Numbered from the stretch's first letter, positions 38,152 through 47,362 are shown. The stretch is 64,000 bases of DNA from a bacterium (GCA_016789445.1 JAEUQT010000002.1:138321-202320); one strand, 5' to 3'. The notes: a model not told the origin generated them from the sequence alone. A program made the numbers and translations.

Positions 38152-39939
38152 ATGAAAATCTCACGCGACTGGCTCCAGAAATATTTCCATGCACCTTTGC
38201 CATCGGCGCAGGAATTGGCTGACGCCCTCACGTTCCATGCGTTCGAGATCGAGAGCGTCGAAGGCGACATGCTCGATGTGAAGATCACCGCGAATCGCGG
38301 ACACGATTGCCTCTCGTATCGCGGCATCGCGAAGGAGATCTCAGCGATCCTGAAGCTTCCGCTTGCAAGCGATCCCTTGAAAGAAGAGGTGAGGCTCGAG
38401 CCGGTCACCGATGCCGTTTCGGTTCTCATAGAAGATATCGAACTCTCGCCGCGCTACATCGCCGCTGTCATGAAGGGAGTGAAAGTGGGCCCATCGCCGG
38501 AGTGGTTGGTGAAGCGTCTCGAAGCGATGGGGCAGAAAAGCATCAACAACGTCGTCGATGCGACGAATTTCGTCATGTTCAATATCGGTCAGCCGCTCCA
38601 TGCATTCGATGCGGGCAAGTTGAAGCAAAAGGAGGGGAAATTCGCAATCGAAGTGCGCAAAGCCGTCGCGGGTGAAAAACTTCACGCGCTCGATGAGAAG
38701 GAATACGCTCTCAAGCCGGGCATGTTGGTCATTGCTGATAAGAACGCCGGAACCCCTATCGGCATCGCGGGTGTGAAGGGCGGCTCTCCCGCCGGTATCA
38801 CGGAATCGACGACGGACATCATCATCGAAAGCGCGAATTTCAACGGTGCATCAGTCCGGAAGACCGCAAAGCGTCTTAATCTCCGTACCGATGCCTCACA
38901 GCGCTTCGAGCAGGTCCTCTCTCCAGAACTCGCTGCATTCGGTATGCGCGCCGCAGCGGATCTCATCCATAAGCTCGCCGGTGGAGAGATCGTCGGCTAC
39001 GCCGACGCGTATGCGAAGCCGCATGTCCCGATTCCGGTCTCGTTGCCAGCCGATCTTCCCACGAAAGTTCTCGGGATAGAAATAACCAAGGAGAAGATCC
39101 GTGACGCATTCACTCGTCTTGGGTTTATGTTCGAGGAGAAGGAAGACCTGTTCGTCGTGACGCCGCCGTTCGAACGACGGGATCTCGTGATTCCGGAAGA
39201 TCTTATCGAAGAGATCGTCCGTATCGAAGGGTTCGATACGATCCCTGCGCTCGAACTCCCCGAGGCTACGGCGCCGGAAGTGAATCAGAATTTCTATGCG
39301 AGCGAATGGGTGCGCGAGCACCTCGTCTCCGAGGGGTATTCCGAAGTCTTCACGTCGGTTTTCGCTGATAAAGGGGAGCGCGGAGTACTGAATAAAGTCG
39401 ATAGCGTGCGCCCGAAGCTCCGCTCGACGCTCGTCGATGGTTTGAACGACGCGCTGAAGAAGAACGTCCAGAACAAGGACCTTCTCGGTCTCAAGGAGGT
39501 GAAGCTCTTCGAGATCGGCACGGTCTGGAAGGACGGCAAGGAAACCGTGATGGCGGGAATCGTGACTGAGAAAGAAAAAGCGAAGGAAGATCCACTCAGT
39601 GTTTTCCTGAAAGAAGCCTCTTCATACGACGTGCTTCCGCTTTCCGCTACGGAACGCTACCAGCCGTACTCGCGCTACCCGTCCATCACCCGCGATATCG
39701 CGATGTGGGTACCTGCGGAGACTTCTGCGACGGATGTCGAATCCACGCTCAAGGAGCATGCGGGGAAGCTGTGTGTCCGCATCGGGCTCTTTGATGAGTT
39801 CAAGAAAGAAAACCAGATCTCCTATGCGTTCAGATTGGTCTTCCAATCCGATGAAAAGACCCTCACTGACGACGAGGTGATGGGCTTCATGCAGGCAGTC
39901 TACGACGTAGTTGACAAGAAGGGCTGGAAAGTGCGTTAA
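38152..39939 (+). CDS. pheT: phenylalanine--tRNA ligase beta subunit (short form)
   Basis: The MKISRDWLQKYF N-terminus and B3/4 and B5 domain similarity. 595 aa, against ~800 aa typical, so it probably lacks the N-terminal tRNA-binding domain. Confidence 0.8.
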   Translation: MKISRDWLQKYFHAPLPSAQELADALTFHAFEIESVEGDMLDVKITANRGHDCLSYRGIAKEISAILKLPLASDPLKEEVRLEPVTDAVSVLIEDIELSPRYIAAVMKGVKVGPSPEWLVKRLEAMGQKSINNVVDATNFVMFNIGQPLHAFDAGKLKQKEGKFAIEVRKAVAGEKLHALDEKEYALKPGMLVIADKNAGTPIGIAGVKGGSPAGITESTTDIIIESANFNGASVRKTAKRLNLRTDASQRFEQVLSPELAAFGMRAAADLIHKLAGGEIVGYADAYAKPHVPIPVSLPADLPTKVLGIEITKEKIRDAFTRLGFMFEEKEDLFVVTPPFERRDLVIPEDLIEEIVRIEGFDTIPALELPEATAPEVNQNFYASEWVREHLVSEGYSEVFTSVFADKGERGVLNKVDSVRPKLRSTLVDGLNDALKKNVQNKDLLGLKEVKLFEIGTVWKDGKETVMAGIVTEKEKAKEDPLSVFLKEASSYDVLPLSATERYQPYSRYPSITRDIAMWVPAETSATDVESTLKEHAGKLCVRIGLFDEFKKENQISYAFRLVFQSDEKTLTDDEVMGFMQAVYDVVDKKGWKVR

Positions 39940-40017
39940 ATTGGCTCTGTTGAGCCGTTAAAGCGGGGATAACTGGTTAGGAAACCGGTCAGGAATTTGG
40001 TATAATTTCCGTAACCT

Positions 40018-42039
40018 ATGGCTGAAAAGAAAAGCTCCTACGGAGCCGCTGATATTACTGTCTTGGAAGGTCTGGAAGCGGTCCGTCGCCGACCGGGTAT
40101 GTACATCGGTACGACCGGTCTCGACGGCCTCCACCACCTCATCTGGGAGATTTTCGACAACTCACGCGACGAAGCGATGGGTGGATTCGCCAATGATATC
40201 GAAGTCGCGCTCCTTCCCGACAATGTCATCCGTGTCGTGGACAACGGCCGCGGTATTCCGGTCGATATCCATCCGAAGACGAAGGTCTCCGCGCTCGATA
40301 CCATCATGACCACGCTCCATGCAGGCGGTAAGTTCGGCGGTGAAGGATACAAGGTGTCCGGCGGTCTCCACGGTGTCGGCGCATCGGTGGTGAACGCGCT
40401 TTCGACCTATGCACGCGTGGAAGTCCACCGTGAGGGCGGACAGCACGTCCAGGAATACAAGAACGGTGGTAAGGCGGTGGGTAAGGTGAAGAAGATCGGC
40501 AGCTCGAAGCGCACCGGTACCATCACGCTTTTCCGTGCCGATCCTTCGATCTTCCCGGTCATCGAATACAGCTATGATCGCATCGTCGGTCACTTGCGCC
40601 AGCAGGCGTATCTCGTGAAGGGTCTGCGCATCACGATACTCGATTTGCGCGATAAGAAGGAAGTCGATCATGAGTCGGCGTACTACCTACGCGAGCTCGG
40701 TCTCGATGCGCCATCCACCACCTTCTACTTCGAAGGAGGTCTCAAGTCGCTGGTCTCATTCCAGAATCGTCACCAGACGGCAGTCCACAAGAATGTCTTC
40801 TATGTCGAGAAAGAGCAGGATGATGTGAACGTGGAAGTCTCGCTCCAGTATGTGGACGATATCTCCTCGCGCATCACCGCATTCGCGAACAATATCTATA
40901 ACGCGGAAGGCGGTACGCACATCACCGGTTTCAAGACCGCACTCACGCGAACCCTGAACAACGCTTCGAAGGGCGGCGGAGGTAAGGAAGGTGAATCGTT
41001 CACGGGCGACGATGTCTTGGAAGGTCTCACGGCCGTGGTCTCGGTGAAGCTCCGCGAGATCCAGTTCGAAGGCCAGACCAAGGGCAAGCTCGGTTCCGTC
41101 GAGGCACGTGGTGCGACCGAAACCGTTTTCGCGGAAGCATTCGCGCAGTTCTTGGAAGAGCATCCGGACGACATGCGTGCCATCCTCGGCAAGGCGACGC
41201 TCGCGATGAAGGCACGTAAGGCTGCTAAGGCCGCGAAGGAATCCGTGCTGCGTAAAGGTGCGCTCGAAGGCCTCTCGCTCCCGGGCAAGCTTGCCGACTG
41301 TCAGGTGCGCAATCCTGAAGAAGCAGAACTCTTCGTCGTCGAGGGAGATTCGGCAGGTGGTACGGCCAAGATGGGTCGTGATCGCCGCACACAGGCCATC
41401 CTCCCGCTCCGCGGCAAGATCCTCAACGTCGAACGCGCGCGTCTCGATAAGATGCTCGTCTCCGAACAGATCCGCAATCTCGTGATCGCGCTCGGTACGG
41501 CGATCGGAGATGTCTTCGATGTCTCGAAGCTCCGCTACCACAAGCTCATCATCGCGACCGATGCAGACGTCGACGGCGCGCACATCCGCACGCTGCTCCT
41601 CACGCTCCTGTATCGTCATTTCCGTCCGGTCGTCGATGGCGGCTTCCTCTATATCGCCCAGCCGCCGCTCTACAAGATCAAGAAAGGGAAGGAGGTTTTC
41701 TATGCATACACCGAGGAGGAGAAGATCGACATCGCCGGCAAGGATGCGCAGCTCGAGACGGAAGACGAGGTCGTAGAAGAAGGCGAAGAAGAAGCGCCTG
41801 AGGTAAAGGCGAAACGTGCAACGAAGATCTCCGTCCAGCGCTACAAGGGTCTCGGCGAGATGAATGCGGAGGAATTGTGGGAGACCACGATGGATCCGGC
41901 TCGTCGTGTCTTGAAGCTCGTCACCATCGAGGATGCCACCGATGCCGACCGCACCTTCGATATCCTCATGGGTACCGACGTCCCGTCACGCAAGACTTTT
42001 ATCCAGTCGCACGCCAAGGAAGCGACGTTGGACATCTAG
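40018..42039 (+). CDS. gyrB: DNA gyrase subunit B
   Basis: GHKL ATPase motifs (LHHLIWEIFDNSRDEA, GLHGVGASVVNALS). Toprim (EGDSAGG). C-terminal ..KTFIQSHAKEATLDI. TATAAT 11 nt upstream. Confidence 0.85.
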   Translation: MAEKKSSYGAADITVLEGLEAVRRRPGMYIGTTGLDGLHHLIWEIFDNSRDEAMGGFANDIEVALLPDNVIRVVDNGRGIPVDIHPKTKVSALDTIMTTLHAGGKFGGEGYKVSGGLHGVGASVVNALSTYARVEVHREGGQHVQEYKNGGKAVGKVKKIGSSKRTGTITLFRADPSIFPVIEYSYDRIVGHLRQQAYLVKGLRITILDLRDKKEVDHESAYYLRELGLDAPSTTFYFEGGLKSLVSFQNRHQTAVHKNVFYVEKEQDDVNVEVSLQYVDDISSRITAFANNIYNAEGGTHITGFKTALTRTLNNASKGGGGKEGESFTGDDVLEGLTAVVSVKLREIQFEGQTKGKLGSVEARGATETVFAEAFAQFLEEHPDDMRAILGKATLAMKARKAAKAAKESVLRKGALEGLSLPGKLADCQVRNPEEAELFVVEGDSAGGTAKMGRDRRTQAILPLRGKILNVERARLDKMLVSEQIRNLVIALGTAIGDVFDVSKLRYHKLIIATDADVDGAHIRTLLLTLLYRHFRPVVDGGFLYIAQPPLYKIKKGKEVFYAYTEEEKIDIAGKDAQLETEDEVVEEGEEEAPEVKAKRATKISVQRYKGLGEMNAEELWETTMDPARRVLKLVTIEDATDADRTFDILMGTDVPSRKTFIQSHAKEATLDI

Positions 42040-42059
42040 GCACGGTATAATTCCTTCTC

Positions 42060-43247
42060 ATGGAAGGATACCGTCGGCGCGAATTTCGCAAAGAACCGGC
42101 AAGAAAGCCGGAGAAATTCGGTGGGCGCCAGAACTTCACGCGCGCGATGCTGCTTGCCGCGCTCGCCGCTTTCAATGCTCCTGAGACGGCAGACGCCCAG
42201 CAGATGCCACCCGGCACGAAGCGTGCGATCGAGCGTATTGATGAACGTTCTCACCGCAAAGCAGCACGTCATATCGAATCGACGGTGCCGCGAGCTGAAG
42301 AGCTCGCCGAGAACATCGAACTCATCGAAGCCAAGCTTGGTCCGGGGGGCGAATGGGCATCGTTACTCGAGGATCCCGCTACGCCGCGCGCGAAAGTCGA
42401 TGCGATCTTCCGTTATATCAATAAGGTGAATACGCATATCGACGTGATGCAGGTGATGCCGGAGGCGTTCAAGGATCAGCCTGCAGCACACGAGCGTATC
42501 GCGCCGCGCCGCGAACTCTTCCACGGCAGCGATCATCGGTCATTCAAGGCGTTTGATGCAGAAGGAAAACCGTATGAGAAGGTTTGTAACGGATATCATG
42601 TCGCTACCGGTGGCGCGAGATTCTTCGTCACCGCCAAACACTGCATCACCGGCACTGCACTTGAGGGAAGCTTCGCTGTTCCCGACGGGCATGCGAACGA
42701 TATTGCTGTGAAATATTTGCCGGGAGATCATGGCCCCGCTATGCAGCTCGATGGCCGTACCGATCGCGACTTTCAGGGGCGCATGGCGGTCATTCGCGGC
42801 ATCGACCGCTTCGGCAGGGATTTCCTTCGCACCTCGTTTCTTATCAAGATGTCACCGGCGCTACAGGAGAAGCTGTATGGCGTCGGCGATCGGCAGGTGG
42901 GTAATTTCGATCTCCGGGATCAGTTCATGCTGCTTGCGCAGCCCGGCGATGCGACTCTCATGCACGATCGTATGCTCTCAGCAAGCGGAGTTTCGGGAAC
43001 GGGTATCAAGGCGTGGATAGATGGAGGGTACCGCGCGCTAGGTCCGCAATCCTCGGGCCGCGTCTTTACGCCAGAACAGAGCGCATCCATTCCCCCTGAC
43101 CAGCAAATCGGTCTCAATTCACCGATGTTTTTCGTTGAAGGTCTCGATGTACTCAAGGAACTCTGCGAACGTGCGCGCCAGCAACATGAGCAACCAAAAC
43201 GCCCCCCAAAGGAGGCGTCTGGATTCATGCAGAGAATTGGAAACTAG
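42060..43247 (+). CDS. putative secreted trypsin-like (S1-fold) peptidase with atypical Ser motif
   Basis: Signal-peptide-like N-terminus. His motif TAKHC and Asp motif NDIAV, like chymotrypsin-fold proteases. The candidate nucleophile is in SGVSGTG instead of GDSGGP. Confidence 0.4.
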   Translation: MEGYRRREFRKEPARKPEKFGGRQNFTRAMLLAALAAFNAPETADAQQMPPGTKRAIERIDERSHRKAARHIESTVPRAEELAENIELIEAKLGPGGEWASLLEDPATPRAKVDAIFRYINKVNTHIDVMQVMPEAFKDQPAAHERIAPRRELFHGSDHRSFKAFDAEGKPYEKVCNGYHVATGGARFFVTAKHCITGTALEGSFAVPDGHANDIAVKYLPGDHGPAMQLDGRTDRDFQGRMAVIRGIDRFGRDFLRTSFLIKMSPALQEKLYGVGDRQVGNFDLRDQFMLLAQPGDATLMHDRMLSASGVSGTGIKAWIDGGYRALGPQSSGRVFTPEQSASIPPDQQIGLNSPMFFVEGLDVLKELCERARQQHEQPKRPPKEASGFMQRIGN

Positions 43248-44227
43248 TACACGTACGGCGCGTAGTAGCCGGTCCAGCTCGGGCCGTTTACGAACATCGC
43301 TGCCGTGTTATTGCCTTCGTTCGTTTCGCTGACCGCGTAGCCGTTGTCGACGCTGACCGTGATTGTCCCGCCGCCTGCCATGAGTGGCTTGAAGCGCAAG
43401 GTATTGAGGACGTGCGAGCCCGGAGTCAGGTTCGCTTGCACTGGCGACTGGTAGAGATAGCCGCCCTGCATCGGGAGGTTCACCGAGAACGAATAGTTGC
43501 CGGTGGAGCCGGTGCCGGTGTTCGCGATGTCGAACTGGACCGCGGCGATCTCTTCAGGACCGACTGGGTAGCGGTTCTCGAAGTTACCTGTCATTGGATT
43601 GATGACGCCGACCGCCACGATGCGCACGCTGAGATCAGGTGTTCCCGCCGGACGTGGTGCAGTCGGAGTCGTTGCCGCCGGAGCAGTCGGTGTAGTTGCG
43701 GTTGGTGTCGAAGTCGCACCTGTCTTCGCAAGGACGCGGACGGTTGCCGTGCCCTGTGGGCGCGTAGTGTTTTCCGTCGAGGTTGCCGCAGGGATGAAGA
43801 CGATCGAGACCGGCACATCCATCGTGGTGGTGCCCGCAAGAACCGGAACGAGGGAGAGGGAAGTGGAAGTGCCGACGGTGTAGGCGCTACCGCATGGGAT
43901 CGCGCTTGCACGGCCGTTCGCGCTCGCCATATCGAAGCGGAAGCCGGTCTTGCACTGATAGAGGAACGAATATGCGCCCGCTTCCTTGGCGTTGTACTTC
44001 CACGAGATCGGGAATGCAGTGCCCGACTGTGTCTCTTTCGGCAAGGTGATAGCGATCGAATCCCCGCCGCCGAAGCGCGAGAACAGCGATGTTACTCCCG
44101 AGCCGGTAAGGCGAAGAAGGTGATACGCTCCCCAGACGATCACGATGATAAGGATGATAAAGCCGGCGACCGCGAGTATGTTCGCGAGGATCCCCGGATT
44201 CTGCTGCCCCTGAGGTGAATCGCTCAT
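43244..44227 (-). CDS. hypothetical type-II membrane / surface protein with Thr-Pro linker
   Basis: N-terminal TM helix. TTPTAPAATTPTAPRPAGTP linker. Beta-rich C-terminal domain. Confidence 0.5.
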   Translation of the reverse strand: MSDSPQGQQNPGILANILAVAGFIILIIVIVWGAYHLLRLTGSGVTSLFSRFGGGDSIAITLPKETQSGTAFPISWKYNAKEAGAYSFLYQCKTGFRFDMASANGRASAIPCGSAYTVGTSTSLSLVPVLAGTTTMDVPVSIVFIPAATSTENTTRPQGTATVRVLAKTGATSTPTATTPTAPAATTPTAPRPAGTPDLSVRIVAVGVINPMTGNFENRYPVGPEEIAAVQFDIANTGTGSTGNYSFSVNLPMQGGYLYQSPVQANLTPGSHVLNTLRFKPLMAGGGTITVSVDNGYAVSETNEGNNTAAMFVNGPSWTGYYAPYVY

Positions 44228-44293
44228 AGTGTCCGAGGTATACCACGAATACTGTCGTTTGACAATACCTCGTTTGTGGGGCAGAATATTTGA

Positions 44294-44578
44294 GTGAATC
44301 CCGTTAGAGATGACGGTAGTTGGTATACGTACGTGCTCCGTAGTCTAAGAGATGGAGAAACATACACCGGCTTCACCAACGATTTGCGGAAGCGCTTCAA
44401 GCAGCATAACGACGGGCTCACGTCTTCAACCAAGGGACGTCGTCCCTTTGAGCTGATATATTACGAAATGTGTAGAAACGAGAGTGACGCACGGTCGAGA
44501 GAATTATTTCTAAAATCTGGCATGGGTAAACGCTATTTGCGAAATCGCTTGAAGCGCTTCCTATCTCTAACGGGATGA
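44294..44578 (+). CDS. small GIY-YIG nuclease-family protein (YhbQ/UPF0213-like)
   Basis: WYTYVLRS..GETYTGFTNDLRKRFKQHN...G..R.FELIYYE. GTG start inside the left TIR. The TGA stop overlaps the sortase ATG (ATGA). Confidence 0.7.
   Translation: MNPVRDDGSWYTYVLRSLRDGETYTGFTNDLRKRFKQHNDGLTSSTKGRRPFELIYYEMCRNESDARSRELFLKSGMGKRYLRNRLKRFLSLTG
44298..44576 (+). mobile_element. TIR-bounded GIY-YIG mini-element (candidate autonomous copy)
   Basis: A perfect 14-bp inverted repeat, ATCCCGTTAGAGAT (44298-44311) and ATCTCTAACGGGAT (44563-44576), exactly brackets a 94-aa GIY-YIG ORF. Related TIR pairs without an ORF occur at 61114/61219 and 63872/63941. Confidence 0.55.
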
Positions 44579-45219
44579 AAACCGCACATTCCAAGCCTCC
44601 GATGAGTGTCTTTCTGGCGGCGACCGTCGTCATCTTCTTCCTCGCGCTCTCCGCAGCCGACTCCGTCGGCTTCGTTCCGTATTACATCGACGGCACACCG
44701 CCGCGACCGAAGGTTACGGTCGAAAGTCTTGCGGAAATCCCGCAGGAGGAAGTCGCTCTTCCCGAAGAAGAGGAAGTCGGTGTCGCGCCGACGCGCATCC
44801 GTATCCCGGCGATCGATCTCGATCTTCCGGTACTCAATCCGCAGACCCGCGACATCGCGGCGCTCGATGCGGTACTCAAAGACGGCCCTGCACGCTACAT
44901 GGATTCCGCCCTGCTTGGCGAGAAGGGCAATGTCTTGATCTTCGGTCATTCTTCGCATCTGCCGGTCGTACACAACCAGATGTACAAGGCGTTCAACCGT
45001 GTGCCGGACCTCAAAGAGGGCGACACCATCGAAGTCGAGGGTGGCGGAAAGGTCTACACGTACCGCGTCCTCGGCGTGAAGGGCGTCGATGCGGAAGAAG
45101 GCATCATCGATCTTTCCCGAGAGGGGAATCGCCTCACGATCGTCACCTGCGACACGCTCACCGCCAAGACCGCCCGCTTCGTCCTCGACGCCGAACTCAT
45201 CGGTTCCTACGATCTCTAA
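44575..45219 (+). CDS. sortase-family transpeptidase
   Basis: N-terminal TM helix. Catalytic His context LIFGHS, Cys in LTIVTCD (the TLxTC motif), and a downstream Arg (TARFVLDAEL). Confidence 0.75.
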   Translation: MKTAHSKPPMSVFLAATVVIFFLALSAADSVGFVPYYIDGTPPRPKVTVESLAEIPQEEVALPEEEEVGVAPTRIRIPAIDLDLPVLNPQTRDIAALDAVLKDGPARYMDSALLGEKGNVLIFGHSSHLPVVHNQMYKAFNRVPDLKEGDTIEVEGGGKVYTYRVLGVKGVDAEEGIIDLSREGNRLTIVTCDTLTAKTARFVLDAELIGSYDL

Positions 45220-45295
45220 CGTTCTTGACGCCTTCATAGGTGCGGAGCATAGTTGCGGCGGCTCAGTTCTCGGGCCTCAACGAAGGAGGAAATAC

Positions 45296-45730
45296 ATGCG
45301 TGTAAGCGCATCACTCATCCGATATCTCAGTCCGCTCATCCTCGGCGCGCTTCTGGGTCTCATGTTCTGGCTCGCGCCGGATATCACGCCGCAAAAGATG
45401 GGGGCTGAGACCCCAGACCAGGCGGTCGTCCTCATGGGCGGGTTCTTCGTCATCTTCTGGATCTATCTTCAGATCCAGGGATATCCGATCTCGCATGGCG
45501 ATATCGGGACGGCGAGCTCGCACACGATCGACAACATCATGTCGTTCATCCCGGCGCTGACGGCGCTCTTCGGCCTTGCGCTCACGATGTTCAATTTCTG
45601 GGAGCTTTCCCAGCTCAACATCGCGCTGGCTGTCATGACGCTCGGCATCGTCTGGATCGATTTGTGGATCTACGGCGGGTCGGCTTCGAAGATCAACCGG
45701 CTGACTGACGAGATCAAAGCGGAACGGTAG
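45296..45730 (+). CDS. hypothetical polytopic membrane protein
   Basis: Four predicted TM helices. SD AAGGAGGA 6 nt upstream. The track ORF start at 45089 overlaps the sortase gene. Confidence 0.5.
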   Translation: MRVSASLIRYLSPLILGALLGLMFWLAPDITPQKMGAETPDQAVVLMGGFFVIFWIYLQIQGYPISHGDIGTASSHTIDNIMSFIPALTALFGLALTMFNFWELSQLNIALAVMTLGIVWIDLWIYGGSASKINRLTDEIKAER

Positions 45731-45902
45731 GGGAATCGGATCTAAGAAAGAGGCGGGCAGCCATTGTCCGCCTCTTGACTTTTGGTCAAAATGTGATAGC
45801 ATATCTCCCAGAGGGTCCTGAATGCCGATTTGGGCGCTTAAACAGTCCCTAAATCGGCCTTCGGGACAATCCGAACTGGTCTTTAACTTAACCGGAGGGA
45901 GA

Positions 45903-46427
45903 ATGAGAAAACCCCCCGAAGAAATCGTCTATACGGAAGGAAACGGCTTTGAACCAATTCGGGACAATGTCGTTGTCTTCCCAAAACGACCGAAAGGAGA
46001 CGAAAGCATGAGTGATGATCATGGAAAAGGACATGGTCACGATCATGGCGGTCACGGAAAAAAGGAGGCAGGACTAATGCCAGACCTTAAAAAAGTTGGT
46101 CTCGGAGTATTAGCGGCGATTCTCGGCTTGTATGCAATCAGATTTATCATCATTCCGATGATAGGCGGTATTGCATGTGATCTGACGGGTAACGTCGGTT
46201 GCCAAGTAGCGGCGAAAATGAATGAGCAGCAAACTATGTCTGCGGATTCATCGGCCCCTTTCTCGGTAAATCGCGAAATCCGTCGTCGAGAGGGCGGTCC
46301 AGTAGGACCTGCCCGCCGTCAGCAAGGACGGCAAGGGCTGATGCCAAGCGTCGACTGTGCCGCGATGGGGGGTATCCGGACGACAAATCCGAATACCGGA
46401 ATGCCATCGTGCTTCGTTCCCAACTGA
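45903..46427 (+). CDS. His-rich membrane protein with conserved C-terminal Cys module
   Basis: HGKGHGHDHGGHGKK, then a TM helix, then C-terminal MPSVDCAAMGGIRTTNPNTGMPSCFVPN. This C-terminus is shared with the 46557 product. The start is uncertain (45822, 45903 or 46009). 45903 and 46009 both have an SD. Confidence 0.5.
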   Translation: MRKPPEEIVYTEGNGFEPIRDNVVVFPKRPKGDESMSDDHGKGHGHDHGGHGKKEAGLMPDLKKVGLGVLAAILGLYAIRFIIIPMIGGIACDLTGNVGCQVAAKMNEQQTMSADSSAPFSVNREIRRREGGPVGPARRQQGRQGLMPSVDCAAMGGIRTTNPNTGMPSCFVPN

Positions 46428-46430
46428 CTA

Positions 46431-46465
46431 TTCCGGAAGCGTTGCATAACGCATCGCTTCCGGAA
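46431..46465 (+). terminator. hairpin, possible terminator
   Basis: Perfect 11-bp stem TTCCGGAAGCG/CGCTTCCGGAA with a 13-nt loop. The downstream T-tract is weak. Confidence 0.35.
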
Positions 46466-46556
46466 ACTTCTTCTTACGAGTACCTGCCTCTGTTCGAGAT
46501 TTCGCACACGGACAGGTCTTCATAAGACCACTGATCATTCAAAAGGAGGACTTCCG

Positions 46557-46961
46557 ATGAGGAAGATTCTGATCGCTCTCGTCGCGTTCATGTCGCTGCC
46601 GGTCGCTCAGGCCACGGCAGAGTCCATTTACTATGGACGTCAGAGTCCGGATCAAATACGCGTTCGCGTAGGCAGTCCGGAGCACAGCGTGAGGGTAAGC
46701 GTGCCTTTCCCTCACATCAGCCACAACAACGGCTGCCGTGGACCTCGCTGCGGATATCCGCGGCGACATGTCCATGGTCCTGGTTGCGGTCACTCGATTC
46801 GTCGAGCGTCCTGCGGCCAAGGAGGAGGTTGTGCGCAAGCTCGTCCGATCGCGCGTCCGGTGCAAGGCTATATGCCGACCATCGACTGCGAGAAGGCGGG
46901 CGGCATCCGTACGGTCAATCCGAATACGGGTGCGCCGACATGTTTCGTGCCGAATCAGTGA
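46557..46961 (+). CDS. secreted His/Cys-rich protein with conserved C-terminal Cys module
   Basis: Signal peptide. Cys/His-rich middle (CRGPRCGYPRRHVHGPGCGH). C-terminal MPTIDCEKAGGIRTVNPNTGAPTCFVPNQ. Confidence 0.55.
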   Translation: MRKILIALVAFMSLPVAQATAESIYYGRQSPDQIRVRVGSPEHSVRVSVPFPHISHNNGCRGPRCGYPRRHVHGPGCGHSIRRASCGQGGGCAQARPIARPVQGYMPTIDCEKAGGIRTVNPNTGAPTCFVPNQ

Positions 46962-46967
46962 GCAAAA

Positions 46968-47008
46968 GGGCGGGTTCAGTCTCAAGACTGACCCGCCCTT
47001 ACTTTTTA
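46968..47008 (+). terminator. Rho-independent terminator
   Basis: GGGCGGGTTCAGTCT-CAAG-ACTGACCCGCCC followed by TTACTTTTTA. Confidence 0.6.
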
Positions 47009-47078
47009 GAGGTATTGACAAGCGATTAATAGTGTGATACACTATATCCAGTCAAGCTCATTGATTAGGAGAAAGCCA

Positions 47079-47345
47079 ATGAAGGCAATTTCTAAAATCC
47101 TCGCAGTTGCTCTGCTCGCAGCGTCCGCTTCTTCGGCCTCGGCCTTCGTCAAGCACGACCCTGGTGTCACGTATGAGGACATCAAGGCCTGCCTCGAGAA
47201 CATCGGTCTGGAAGAAGGAACTCATTTTCGCAAGAAGAAGGGTTCCGATGACACGATCGAATTGAATCGTGGCCAGGTCGCCGGCGACAGCTACGACTTT
47301 AAACAGGTCGATGGCTGCTGGAAGAAGCAGACGGTGTCCAAGTAG
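47079..47345 (+). CDS. small secreted protein (2 Cys)
   Basis: Signal peptide (MKAISKILAVALLAASASSASA). SD AGGAGAAAG upstream. The track ORF start at 47034 is in-frame upstream. Confidence 0.5.
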   Translation: MKAISKILAVALLAASASSASAFVKHDPGVTYEDIKACLENIGLEEGTHFRKKKGSDDTIELNRGQVAGDSYDFKQVDGCWKKQTVSK

Positions 47346-47362
47346 GACAAATAACGGGGTAA

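Noticed and set aside
40018-42039. gyrB without adjacent gyrA as an anomaly, or an intein in gyrB
   Set aside because: The protein is ~673 aa, the normal intein-free length. gyrA simply lies outside the window. Unlinked gyrB and gyrA are common.
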